Below, in pieces: positions 9,836-21,500 of a DNA stretch of 40,003 nt. The position numbers and the translations under genes are program-made. Source of the stretch: an uncultured Clostridia bacterium (lineage in GTDB: Bacteria; Bacillota; Clostridia; Christensenellales; UBA1242); contig CATLBG010000002.1 in NCBI GenBank assembly GCA_949878595.1, positions 1 through 40,003 on the forward strand, read 5' to 3'. How positions within the stretch are numbered: the first letter of the stretch is position 1; each line of letters opens with the position of its first letter. The notes under the pieces were generated by a model that was not told the origin of the DNA, did no database searches, and was given only the letters and a program-made list of their open reading frames with translations.

Positions 9836-12523
9836 ATGGCTGCAAGAATGATTCCAAAAGCAACGAAGGTTAAAACCCAGTTTTTTAAAGGGTTAAATTT
9901 TTCTGATATATTTGTTATTTTGTTTGCACTTGTGCTTGTTGCACTTGCCATGACAAGTATGTTTAGTTTAACAGTCAGATTAATAATTTCGGCAGTGATT
10001 GTGTTTATTACAATCATCATGTTTTTTAGTTTTGAACCAGGTGTTAAACTATACAAACAAATAGGTGATTTATTTAAACATATATTTGGAATAAACACCT
10101 ACAAAAAGATGAAAAAAAGTTCACACAAGAATGTGATGAATCTTATGCCTTATGCTGGAATTTTAGAGCAAGAATATGACGAAAAAAGACAGATAGGTAT
10201 TATTGACTATAAAGAATATTTTGGTGCAGCTATTGAGATTAACTGTATTCAGTTTTATATGCTTTCTGAGTCAAGACAAAACACTTATATTGACACCTTA
10301 GAGAGTGCACTAAAAACAATTTCTCCAGATGACCTTGGTGCAATTTATAAATTTGCTAGACCAATGGTGTTTGATAACTATATTGATAACGAATGCAAAA
10401 AGAGAGAAGAAATCTTAGAGTCTGTTAGAAACGGAACAACAAACATTAACGAAGCAAGACCAAGACTAGAAATTGCAGAAGCTAGAATTGCAAATCTTGA
10501 GTCTATGAATGTTGATAGTGAGTTTCCAGTTTATAAAGATCATATGTATCTTGCTTTCTATTGTTCAAGCATCAAGAGTTTGCTTCAGGTTGTAAACTTT
10601 GTTTCAAGCACTATAGAAAGTGGTTCAGGTGGTGCTATGGAATGCAAAATTCTAGACCGCAAACAAACCGCAGTATTTTTAAAGAGTTACTATACAACAA
10701 ACTTTGATGAAAGGGAAGTTAAAAATATTGATCCAAAAGAACTTATGAATTGGATTTGTCCAGATAAAATTTCTTTTGGTTTAAACAAAGTTAACATTGA
10801 TGGAAGAAATCTTTCTTTCTTTGAACTTTCAGAGTATCCTTTAACAGTTCCAAATGCATGGGGAAGAACATTCTTCTCAGTGCCTGGTGCAAGAGTATGT
10901 GTTAAGTTTAAACCTGTTGAGCAAGCTCAATCAGAAAAGAGATTAGATAAGTCTATTATGGACGTTAGAATTCAGGCTTCAGAAGGAAGTGGAAAAGCTT
11001 CTTCACAGCTTGAAGTGCAAACTCATCTTCAAACACTAACAGAACTTATGCAATACATCAAGCAGGGTTCAGAAGTTTTGTTTGATACAAATATTTATAT
11101 GATGGTTGAGCAGGAGCAAAAGAAAGCATTTAGAACTCAAGTTATGAGGGCAGGCTTTAGAGCTTATGACTTATTTGGAAAACAAAAGGAAGCCTTCACA
11201 AACTGCAACGTTTCAAGACGTATGACAATTAAGAGATTTGAAAGAGGTATTAACTCATCATCTCTTGCGGCAATCTTCCCATTTGTTTCAGATGCAATTC
11301 AAGACCCTAAAGGATTCTATGTTGGAATGAATAGTGAGCCTGTGTTTGTTGACTTCTTCCAAAGAGATAAAGAGAGAATAAACTCAAACATGGTTATCAT
11401 GGGAAAATCTGGTTGTGGAAAATCTTTCTGCACCAAATCACTTCTTGCAAACCTTGCAGCTGATAATAGTAAAATATTTATTCTTGACCCTGAAAAAGAA
11501 TATGACATCATTGCAAAAAATATGTATGGAAAGGTTATTGATGTTGGTTCTGCTAGAGAGGGAAGAATTAACCCACTTCAAGTTAATGCTTCACAAGATG
11601 ATGAAGAGAGTGCAAATGGAAATGTTTCACTTGCCATGCACATGCAATTCTTAGAGACATTCTTTGGAATGATTCTTGAGGGTATCACTATGGATGGCAT
11701 GGAGCTTTTGACCCAGGCACTTAAAGATTTGTATGCAAAGTTTGGTATAACAAATTCAACTCAAATTGAAACAGTAAAACCAGAGCAGTTTCCAATTATG
11801 CAAGACTTATATGACTATATTTGTGAACTTTATGAAACTGCTACTGATGAATATAACAGAAATAACTATAAGGTATTAAAAATATACCTAAATAAATTTG
11901 CAGAGGGTGGAAGAAATGCGGTTCTTTGGAATGGTCCATCAACAATCTCATCTGCAGAAAACTTTATTGTATTTAACTTTCAGTCACTACTTGCAAACAA
12001 TGCAGGTGCTGTTGCAAATGCACAGATGCTTCTTGTCATGCGCTGGCTCAACAATGAAGTTATTAATAATAAAGACTATAATGCAAGATATCACTGCAAA
12101 CGTAAAATTATTGTTGTTATTGATGAAGCTCACGTATTCATTGATCCAAAACAAACAATAGCACTAGATTTCATGCAACAAATGGCAAAGCGTATTAGAA
12201 AATACGAAGGATCACAAATCGTTATCACACAAAACATTAAAGACTTCACAGGATCTCCTGAAATTGCAAGAAAATCAACAGCTATTATCAATGCTTGTCA
12301 ATATTCAATGATATTCTCACTTGCACCACAAGATATTTCAGACCTTGTTCTTTTATATGAAAAAGCTGGAAAGATTAATGAAAAAGAACAAGATACAATC
12401 GTAACAAACCCAAGAGGTAGGGCATTCTTCATGACAAGTCCATACTCAAGAACAAACATAGATGTTCTTGTTAATGACAGAGTCCGCAACTTGTTTGAAA
12501 AACTTCGTGAAGATGCAAAGTAA
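9836..12523 (+). CDS. virB4: VirB4/TrsE/TraE-family type IV secretion (conjugative transfer) ATPase with a fused N-terminal PrgI/VirB3-like two-TM segment (895 aa)
   Basis: Walker A GKSGCGKS at 11402-11425. Walker B IIVVIDEAHVF at about 12107-12139. VirB4-typical strings are also present: RNLSFFELSEYPLTVPNAWGRTFF, GRINPLQV, IVITQNIKDF. The N-terminus IPKATKVKTQFFKGLNFSDIFVILFALVLVALAM plus a second hydrophobic helix resembles PrgI/VirB3-type small membrane components. Confidence 0.85.
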   Translation: MAARMIPKATKVKTQFFKGLNFSDIFVILFALVLVALAMTSMFSLTVRLIISAVIVFITIIMFFSFEPGVKLYKQIGDLFKHIFGINTYKKMKKSSHKNVMNLMPYAGILEQEYDEKRQIGIIDYKEYFGAAIEINCIQFYMLSESRQNTYIDTLESALKTISPDDLGAIYKFARPMVFDNYIDNECKKREEILESVRNGTTNINEARPRLEIAEARIANLESMNVDSEFPVYKDHMYLAFYCSSIKSLLQVVNFVSSTIESGSGGAMECKILDRKQTAVFLKSYYTTNFDEREVKNIDPKELMNWICPDKISFGLNKVNIDGRNLSFFELSEYPLTVPNAWGRTFFSVPGARVCVKFKPVEQAQSEKRLDKSIMDVRIQASEGSGKASSQLEVQTHLQTLTELMQYIKQGSEVLFDTNIYMMVEQEQKKAFRTQVMRAGFRAYDLFGKQKEAFTNCNVSRRMTIKRFERGINSSSLAAIFPFVSDAIQDPKGFYVGMNSEPVFVDFFQRDKERINSNMVIMGKSGCGKSFCTKSLLANLAADNSKIFILDPEKEYDIIAKNMYGKVIDVGSAREGRINPLQVNASQDDEESANGNVSLAMHMQFLETFFGMILEGITMDGMELLTQALKDLYAKFGITNSTQIETVKPEQFPIMQDLYDYICELYETATDEYNRNNYKVLKIYLNKFAEGGRNAVLWNGPSTISSAENFIVFNFQSLLANNAGAVANAQMLLVMRWLNNEVINNKDYNARYHCKRKIIVVIDEAHVFIDPKQTIALDFMQQMAKRIRKYEGSQIVITQNIKDFTGSPEIARKSTAIINACQYSMIFSLAPQDISDLVLLYEKAGKINEKEQDTIVTNPRGRAFFMTSPYSRTNIDVLVNDRVRNLFEKLREDAK

Positions 12524-12544
12524 AATCACTTAGGAGAGAAACCC

Positions 12545-15500
12545 ATGTTAAATATGTTAAAGAGTTTAATGTGTTTAATAGCGGCAGAACCATGTTCTGC
12601 TGTTTCTCATGGGCAATCATTTTTGGCAGCGATGTCACCATCGCTCGGTTGGATTGTTATAAAAAATGTTTTTTTATGGCTTTGGAACTGGATTTTATCT
12701 CTTATTTGGATAATAGAAAAATTTGTGCTTGGTATAATGGATGCTCTTCAAGCCATTGTATATGAGTTTCTTGGCATTGGCACAACTGTTGATGATTATT
12801 TAAATTTTGCAACAAAAAATGATGCAACCAAAATTTTGGTAGATACCTTTAAAGCAATTTTAGCTGTGGCAATTGTGCTTATGATTATTTTCACAATTGT
12901 TGCAATAATTAGACAAGAGATTGAAACTGCAACTAATGCAAAAGGTAAGGGCAATGAGGAAACCAATAAAAAGGGTCCTATTGTAATGAAGCTTTTCAAA
13001 GGCATTATGTCAGCAATTCTTCTTCCATTTGCCATGATTGCAATCATTGGTGCTGTAAATTCAGTTTTAACTGCATTTAACAATGCACTTCAAGGTGAAA
13101 ATCAAACAACAATAGCAGGTCAGGTGCTTGCGACATCGACCTATGATGTAAATAAATATAGGCAATATGCTAACAATAATAAGCGTGTTCCTGTGCTTAT
13201 TGAAGCATATAATGTTGACGATTATGGTGCTGACCAAAAGGAAGAACTTGTTTATAAAATCAAGTCTGTTTCAGTTCAAGAAAAGTTAATAAACACTGCA
13301 ACTGATATAAATAAAAACTTGCTTCTTTCTTTCAATGAATCATTAACTTATGAAAATAACAAATTAACAAACAATTCAAAATACGCAGACTACTATGAAA
13401 GTTTTGTTTGCACTGCAGAACAATATCAGGTTATGGCTGACTTTATTGATTATTGTGAGCTAACTAACACAAACTTTTATATTAAGGCAATAGATGATAA
13501 TGACATTGAGTGGAAATATGTAGACTCAAGTGTTTTTGATGCAGCAAATATGTCATTAAATATCACATATAGAGATGCAAATGACCTTGACGGAGATGGA
13601 AAAACTAACGACACCTACACAGTGTCATTCTCAATGGGTTTTGATGTAACTTCTCCAATTTCAAATGCACTTGATTCAATTAGTGCACTCCTTGGCTTAA
13701 ATCAATATGGCGATATGAAATATAATGAAATGGAAAGAGACCCAAATTCCATCAACATGGTTCAATGGGCAAATGAAAAAGTTTCTCTACATTTCTCATA
13801 TGGATTCAAAATTAATGATATGAGTACTTGGACACCAGCTGATGAAATTTTGATGTATGAATATTATCATTTCTCATCAAACAACTCACTTGCAGATTAT
13901 TCATTTTCTGATTTAAGTTATGAAAATCGTGGAAATGCAACACTAGATGCTTATAAAATTGTATATAGAGATTATTATCCTGACGCTGGAGCATTTTCTA
14001 GTGAAAAAGTAATTTATGTTGTATATATCAATGGTTCATACTATAAAATTAAAAAATCTGAAACTGAAGTTGATAGCTATGGCAACAAATTCTATGTTTT
14101 AGATGCAAATGAAGATGCAAAGTTCTTAGAAAAGGGTTACACAATTCTATCTGAAGAACCAGAGAAAGCAGAACTTAAATTTGTTGGAAAACAAGGTAAC
14201 TTTAGCTTAAATAATCCATCAACTTGGAGTTATACAGACCAAATTTTAATCTATGAATATTATAAAGACCTTTCATATAACAATACTTTCTCAAACTATA
14301 ATATTTCAGATTTGGGTAAGGGAATTCAGGTTTCAACATACAAAATAAGAGATTATGATGCTGCAGGAAATGAAACAGAAAATAGATATGTTTTGCTAAA
14401 TGGAACATACTATTTGGTTTCTGCTCCATCATCAGGAAGCAATTATGTGTTGACAGGCTCAACAAGTAGTTCAAACTTCTTAGAGAGTATTGAAGATAAA
14501 TATTTAACAACTTACTATAACTATGTTGGTTCCAATGGAAATGCTATCAAGATTGAGGACATAAGAGGGGAGTTTGGAATTTCAACTAACACAACAACAA
14601 ATAAAACTGCAAATGACTTTATAATTGACTCAGATGATGGTGTAATTTTCACTAATCTTGAAAGAAATATTAACTATGTGTTAAGCGAAGAAATTGAGTT
14701 TAACTTAAAATATACTCCAGGTTTCGATTATAGAGATGTAGACACTTGGAGCTATAAAGATTATTTCTTATTCTATTTATATGCCAAATATTTAAATAAC
14801 TCAAGTCTAACTGTTGATTCATTAAAATATACACCACTTCCAGGCATTGTTGGAAAGTTTAATGGAAAAACTTACTATAAAATTCAGAGTCAGTTAACTG
14901 AGAATAATAGCAAGTATAAAACAGTATATCTTTGCGTTGATGATATTAATAATATCTCAACTCAAAATATTAAAAATGTAATAAATGAGCAAACTACACT
15001 TGAAAACAACAGATTTAGCACAAATGATGACCTTGCATTCACACTTATTACAGATCCATATACAGTATTTTCAAAGGTAGAAACAGAAATAAGAGATTTC
15101 ACATTTTCTTCTAATGTTAGTTTTGAAAACGTGAATGAATGGAAAATGAGAGATTATATTCTCTTCCTTTTGGATAGTCGTGGAATAATTGGATTGCCTG
15201 CAAATTTTGAGAATTATCAATATAATTCAGTTGTTTATAAGGGTGTAAGTATTGGTGCAAATCTTACTTCAAATCTTTATAGTTTTGGTTCAGGAGATAA
15301 AACAATTTATTTAAACGAAAACTATTTAGTGAACTTAGGATATAATGATTTCGATGAATTTTTAGATACAAAACTTATAACCTTCATTGCAAAAAGATTA
15401 TCAAATTCTTCAAACGGTGAAATTAAAAAACTATTGCTTGAGAGAGAAGATTTGATTTCTAACATAGCAAATAGTGATGCTTATAATAGCAATACTCATG

Positions 15501-18500
15501 TGTTTGCAAGCTTGGTTAATGCATTAATTAATATCTATGGATTTGGAGCAGAAAGTGCAGATAAAATTTTAGATATTTATAATGATCTTTCAACTTATAC
15601 CTACACAAATTCAAATTTTATTGCAGATGATCTTTCAACCTACACAATTTTTGACCTTGCTATATATCTTTTCACTGGAAGAGCTACTGGAAGATATAAT
15701 AACTATATTGCAAATGTTAATGGGGAAATGAAATATATTATTGGTGACTATGCTGTAAGTATTTCAAATAGTAGCATTTTCAGCTCAACTATTTCACAGG
15801 AGAGCTATGTCACATCAGGAGCTGTTAACCTTGGTGGTCAATCATTAACAGAATATTATAAAGATAGTGGACTTTCAAGCAAAGTTTTAATGGTCAGCAA
15901 GGGTGAAAATAGTTTGTCTCATGCAAATAATCTTGACTATATTTTTGTTAGTGATGCAGTAAATGGAAATTATACTAATCTTGATGTAATTATAGCTGGC
16001 TTAAATTTAACTCAAAAAGTTTCTTATGAGTTATACACAAATGGTGTATCAAACTATTTGCTTCTTGGTGAAAAAGATAACACCTTATATTATCTTACAG
16101 TAGATAATTTTAATATGGATAATATTGCAAGCTTATCAACAAATTCAACCATAAGCTTAAATTCAAATATAAATCCATTTGTTGTTAGTGGAACATATAA
16201 TTCATTTAGTGGTTCAACTGGTTCAAATAATTATAATTTAATGGATTCAGTTATTTTTGAACTTACAAATAACACAAGTCCTGCAAGTTATAGAATTTAT
16301 ACTTCTTCACTCCTTGGAGGAAAGAGTTATATTTCAATTGATGGAACGTTTGTTGAATACAATTCAAGCATAGTTAATTTTGATAGATTGGCATCAGGAT
16401 ATAATGATTATGAAGACCTTGTTGATATTTTAATTAACAATTATTATAATTCATATGTTGTTGGAAACATTGGTTCAACCACAGGTAATACTAATATTTC
16501 TTATAATGTTTCTGATTTTGATTTGGAGGATATCAATACTTATACTCCACTTAGATTAATATTAAATAAAATTGGTGTAACTTCTGATGTTTCAGGATAC
16601 TTAACAAGATCAGCAAACAGATTATATTTTGTTATTAGACTGACAGATATAAATGGCAAAGTAACAACTTATAACATCAATGTAACAGATTTTCTTGATG
16701 CAGATGGCAATGATATTCAATCAGAAATTGTTAAACTTCGCTATAGAGCAGCTCTTTGCTATCAGACTAGTGGGGCATTTAAATCTCCAAGTGAGGTTAT
16801 AGATGATTTAGAAAATTTAAATCAAAACATAGAAAATGCAATTAGCAGCTATGTTGTTTCATCATACACATCTAATCCATTAAATTTCACTAAAGAAATG
16901 ACAGAAGAAGATATTAGTTCTTGGAATTGGCTTGATATAGCACACTATTATGTTTTTGGGACATTCAGAACTACCAACGATTTTGTGCTATATTCAGACG
17001 TAGAAGTTAATGGAAATGAAAGATATTTATATGTTGGGCTAAATAGTGGTGGAACAACAAGATTTGTTAGATTTGCATCTAGCATTCTTTCAGCTGATGG
17101 AACAGTAAAATTAGAAGATTTTGATTCAGGAAACAGACGTGTTTCATTCTCTTTGGATTCAGACTCTTCACTTTTAGGATTGCTTTATTATAAATACACT
17201 GGAAGTGAATCAGGTTCAGTAAACTATGCAAAAATTGGAAGTGGTGAAGATGCAAGAAGAATTTATTCTATTCTAGATCAAAATACTGGTTCATATGTTT
17301 TCTATATTGGCTATGAAGATCAATCAAAAGAATCAAGCATAAATTCAGTTGTTTCAGCTAATTCATATACATATAATCTCAGTGCAACAACTGAAAACCT
17401 TTACACATGGAATCTTTTAGACTTGCTTATCAAAGCGGCTGATGGAAACTTGTCAAACAAAGCATACAATATGAGTTCTAGAATATATACGATTGACGGC
17501 AACAGATATATGCTTGTTAATGGATACTATATTAATATTGATCTTGTTGGAGCAACTCTATCAGAAAAACTTCAAGATGGTTCAACAACAGAATATATCA
17601 GAACAATTGAAAAGACACGAATTCCTTCAGCAGAAAGTTTCTTTGGATATTCATCAAATACAATTAATGATGTGAACTCTAGTTCAGCATTTAACTATGG
17701 ATTTATTAGACTAAGGGCAAGTAATGTTTCAAAGAAAACAAATCCTTTAGTTACTGATTCAACCACAGGAAATATAATTGCCTCAAATGAAGTTAAACTA
17801 TACTTCTCAGAGGGATTTGACTTTAGTGATTATTCTTCTTGGAAAAATTCTGACTTTATGCTTTATTATTTGTTCAAAACAGGACACATGGATTCATCGG
17901 TTCAAACTTTCCAATATTATGTTAATCTTGGCTATGTTCCAGCAACAATGTATGCACTAGAATCCTATGATAATTATGGCAGTGTAACTATAAATAAAGT
18001 ATACAAAGTTGGAGAGGGTGAATGCAACTTTGGTAGCTTTGCAAATCTTAATGCATCTTCAATAGAGGCCTACAGAAACTCAGTTAGTAGTGATGTGTTT
18101 AATAGTTTTATTAGAAATATTGCTGATTATAATTTTATTAATTACAACATTTGGCAACTTCAATATGAAAGACAGCTTACAAATATCTTTACTCAATCAA
18201 ATTCAGATGCAGATTTGTTTGTTTCGATAGATGGCAAACCAGTAACAAATCCAGGCATTGGAACTTTTGGAATTTCTATTACAACTGACATTAATGCAAG
18301 AGATTTTATCTATAACAACTATTATTACTTTAATGTAAACACTGAAGATGAAGAGCTTGTAAATCTCAGAGTAAGCACAAGTATATCAGATTCACTTAAT
18401 GATTCAACTGAAACAAAAATAATTAACTTAAAACTTTCAGAAGGTTTTGATATCAATGATATTTCAACTTGGACAATTTTAGACTATATTATTGTTCGTG

Positions 18501-21500
18501 AATATGCATATGATCACTCAAATAGCACAATTTTTGGCAACTGTGAATTTGAAGAATTAAAACAAGACTTCTTAATAAAAGTTTATGTTATTAAGGGTGC
18601 TGATGGTGATAGAAATTATTTAATGATAAATGGTCATTATTATAACATCACAGATGCACAAGATGGTGTAACTGGCAAGTTAACTAATGCAGTTAGCAAA
18701 TCAGATTTAATCAATGATGGCTATAGTTATTCATTTAAATTAGATGCAGGCGAATTGTATTATGACCTTAGCAGATCAAGAGAACAAATCTCAAGAGAAC
18801 TTGTAAAATCAAATGATAGTTTGGTTTATAATTTAACAGTAGATGACAAAACATATACTTACTTTAGAAAAATAGACAGTAACTTAGAGAGAGTTTATAG
18901 AGTTAGTTTAACAACTCTTGATACTTATAAAATTTCTGTTATGGTTCGTGATGTTAACTGGGTTCAAAAACTCATGAACGATATGCAAGTAATTTATCCA
19001 GATCTCAACTGGGCAAACTTAATTGCAACAAATGGCTGGTTTGACACACTTGGTGAATATCATTCTTCTTATGCATCAGGACAATTTGTTGCAAGTGGCA
19101 ACACTGCAAACATAACTGCAGCTGGTATGGTTCTTTCAGAATTCTTGCTATCTATCGCAAACACAAGTTATGCGGGTTTTGCAGAATATGAATATAGTTC
19201 TGTATTTGATGAAGATGTAATAAATGCTTTAATGTTAGCAATGCTTGGTGAACAAAAATATGAAACATTAAAAATTCAAGCAAAAGTTTTTGTTGAAATG
19301 TTTAATGTTGGCTTTGCTCAAATTCTAGATGACGTTGCTGCAGAAAGAGGGCTAAATATTGTTGATGGTGAAGTGAGCAACCTTACAATGAGCATATATA
19401 AATCATATTTAGCTTCAATCTTACTTTCATCTGATCTTGGTGAATATTTATACACAATTGCAACTAGAGTTTATTCTCAATATGCTATTTATGAAACTTT
19501 GGCATTTGCAAGTGGAGACTATGCAAATTATTATGCATACATAAATGGTTTTGCTGATGAAACAGGAAAAGTTGTTGATGCATTTAAATATGCAACCTTT
19601 AGAGAACTTGTTGAATTTGAAAATACAAGCTTAAAAGATGATGCAGTTCCAGTTTATACATTTAACTATTATGCTGTTTATAGAGCTATAATTAATAGCA
19701 ATGCAAGCAAAGCAGAAACAAACTTAAGTTTGCATTTTGGTGAGCTTGATGCTTTGGTTGAATGGGCAAAAACGATTGGAATAACAGAGCAGCAACTTAA
19801 GAATAGAGGTTACTACAAAACAGGTTATACTGAAAAAGATATCAGAAATCTTTTAACTGGTCTTGGACTAAATAATGTGTTTGTTCCAGTTTCATATGAT
19901 ACACTTATTTCAAAATTAAATGCAGAATATGAAACAAAATATACATCATATCGTGGTTCGACTGATAGATTTAATGATAATGATGAATCACATTTTAGCT
20001 ATATGCTTCATGTTTATTGGTCAATTCGTCAAGACTTAAAAAATCGTATGATTCTAACATCTCCAGTATATCTTAGAATTTATGAAGATTATATTTATGG
20101 TAACATTGATAGGTGGGAAATTGAATGTGACATGACCATAAATGCATCTTCAAGTTTAATTCAATACTATGACATATACAAATTATTATTACAGACAAAA
20201 AAATTCTCATATTTAGGTTCATATCTTCTTGCATATTTCCCAAATCTAGTATTTACACTTGAAACTGAAGAAGATTATGATCAATTTGTTGAAGATTTCA
20301 CAATAGGAAATTATTCAATTGATGCTAATTCGATGGTTTATAGGCTAAAAGAAATATTCCCATCGTCAACTACTTATGGAAAAATCTTAAACAAAGTTTT
20401 TGCATCAGACACACTAAGCCCTAGTGATATTATTTTGAAAACAAAATTAATGTTTGATTCAGAAGAGGGTAAAGTTAGTTCGTGGAACACAATTGTTCAA
20501 ACAAGAGATAATATAGAAGCTTTGCTTAGCGAACTTGCAGATGTTATGGATCTTGCTGTTGGTGAAAAAACACCAAATGGATCAATTCACGTAAATTTCA
20601 CACAAAATGTTTATAGTGAAACATATAATTCACTTTCAAGCATATATGAAAAGTTAAATGACTATATTGGAACTCAAAATACAATTGATAAGATTGAAAA
20701 AGCAAGCATAACATTCACTTTGGCACAGTTCAGCAACAACTATGTTGAAAGTGGATTTGAGTTTACTATTAGAAATAAGGTTTACACTTTAGATACAGCA
20801 ATTTCTGCTCAAAGACTTGCAGAATATGTTTATGGTGGAGCATATCTTGATCAGTTTGGAGTATATGCACAATATACTAGTCCAACTTTCACAGGAATTA
20901 TTCACCCAACAAAGGCAGTAGATACAGAAGATGGTAATAGAGTAAAAACTAAGTTAAACTGTTTCACAGAACTTAGAGAATTTGCAGGAAGCATTGCAGA
21001 CTACACTGCAAAATTATACTTCTTAACAAACTTAAAAGATCTTTCAGATAATGTTAGTGATTCAATGCTCTTAACTGAAGAGCTATATGCAACAAATGGC
21101 TATATTGGTGCATACTTTGGTAATTCTGGAGGCAGTTATAAAACTTCACTAGAATATCTAATCTTAGATCATATTGTTGCAGAGGAAGAAATTTATACAG
21201 ATACACTTTTAAGATTGATTTTTGGTGATACAGAAGATTCTTTAAATAGAATGAATTGCAGTGATATTTATATTACTCTTTTAGAAAAATTCTTAAGCGG
21301 AAGCACAAACTATAGTCCAGCAGAATCAGAATTTATTAATAACAATAAGAATAATGGTTTGATTAAAGTTGCCGAAAATGGTTCAATTGCTTCGCTTTCA
21401 GAAGAATTTATTAGACTTGGTCTTAGAAGATATCTTGTATATATTCAAACAACAGATAGTAATATAAAAACCATTAATACTGGTTCAGGTTACACCTATT

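Noticed and set aside
9836-12523. FtsK/SpoIIIE (EssC-type, T7SS) or HerA-like identity for the 895-aa ATPase.
   Set aside because: It has a single P-loop rather than tandem ATPase domains. It also carries VirB4-typical strings (FFELSEYP...W, INPL, DEAH, TQN..DF) and a PrgI/VirB3-like N-terminus.
12545-12620. Lipoprotein signal peptide in the 3669-aa protein (Cys residues in MLNMLKSLMCLIAAEPCS), given the nearby lspA.
   Set aside because: Neither Cys is preceded by a lipobox ([LVI][ASTVI][GAS]C). The residues at -1 are Met and Pro.
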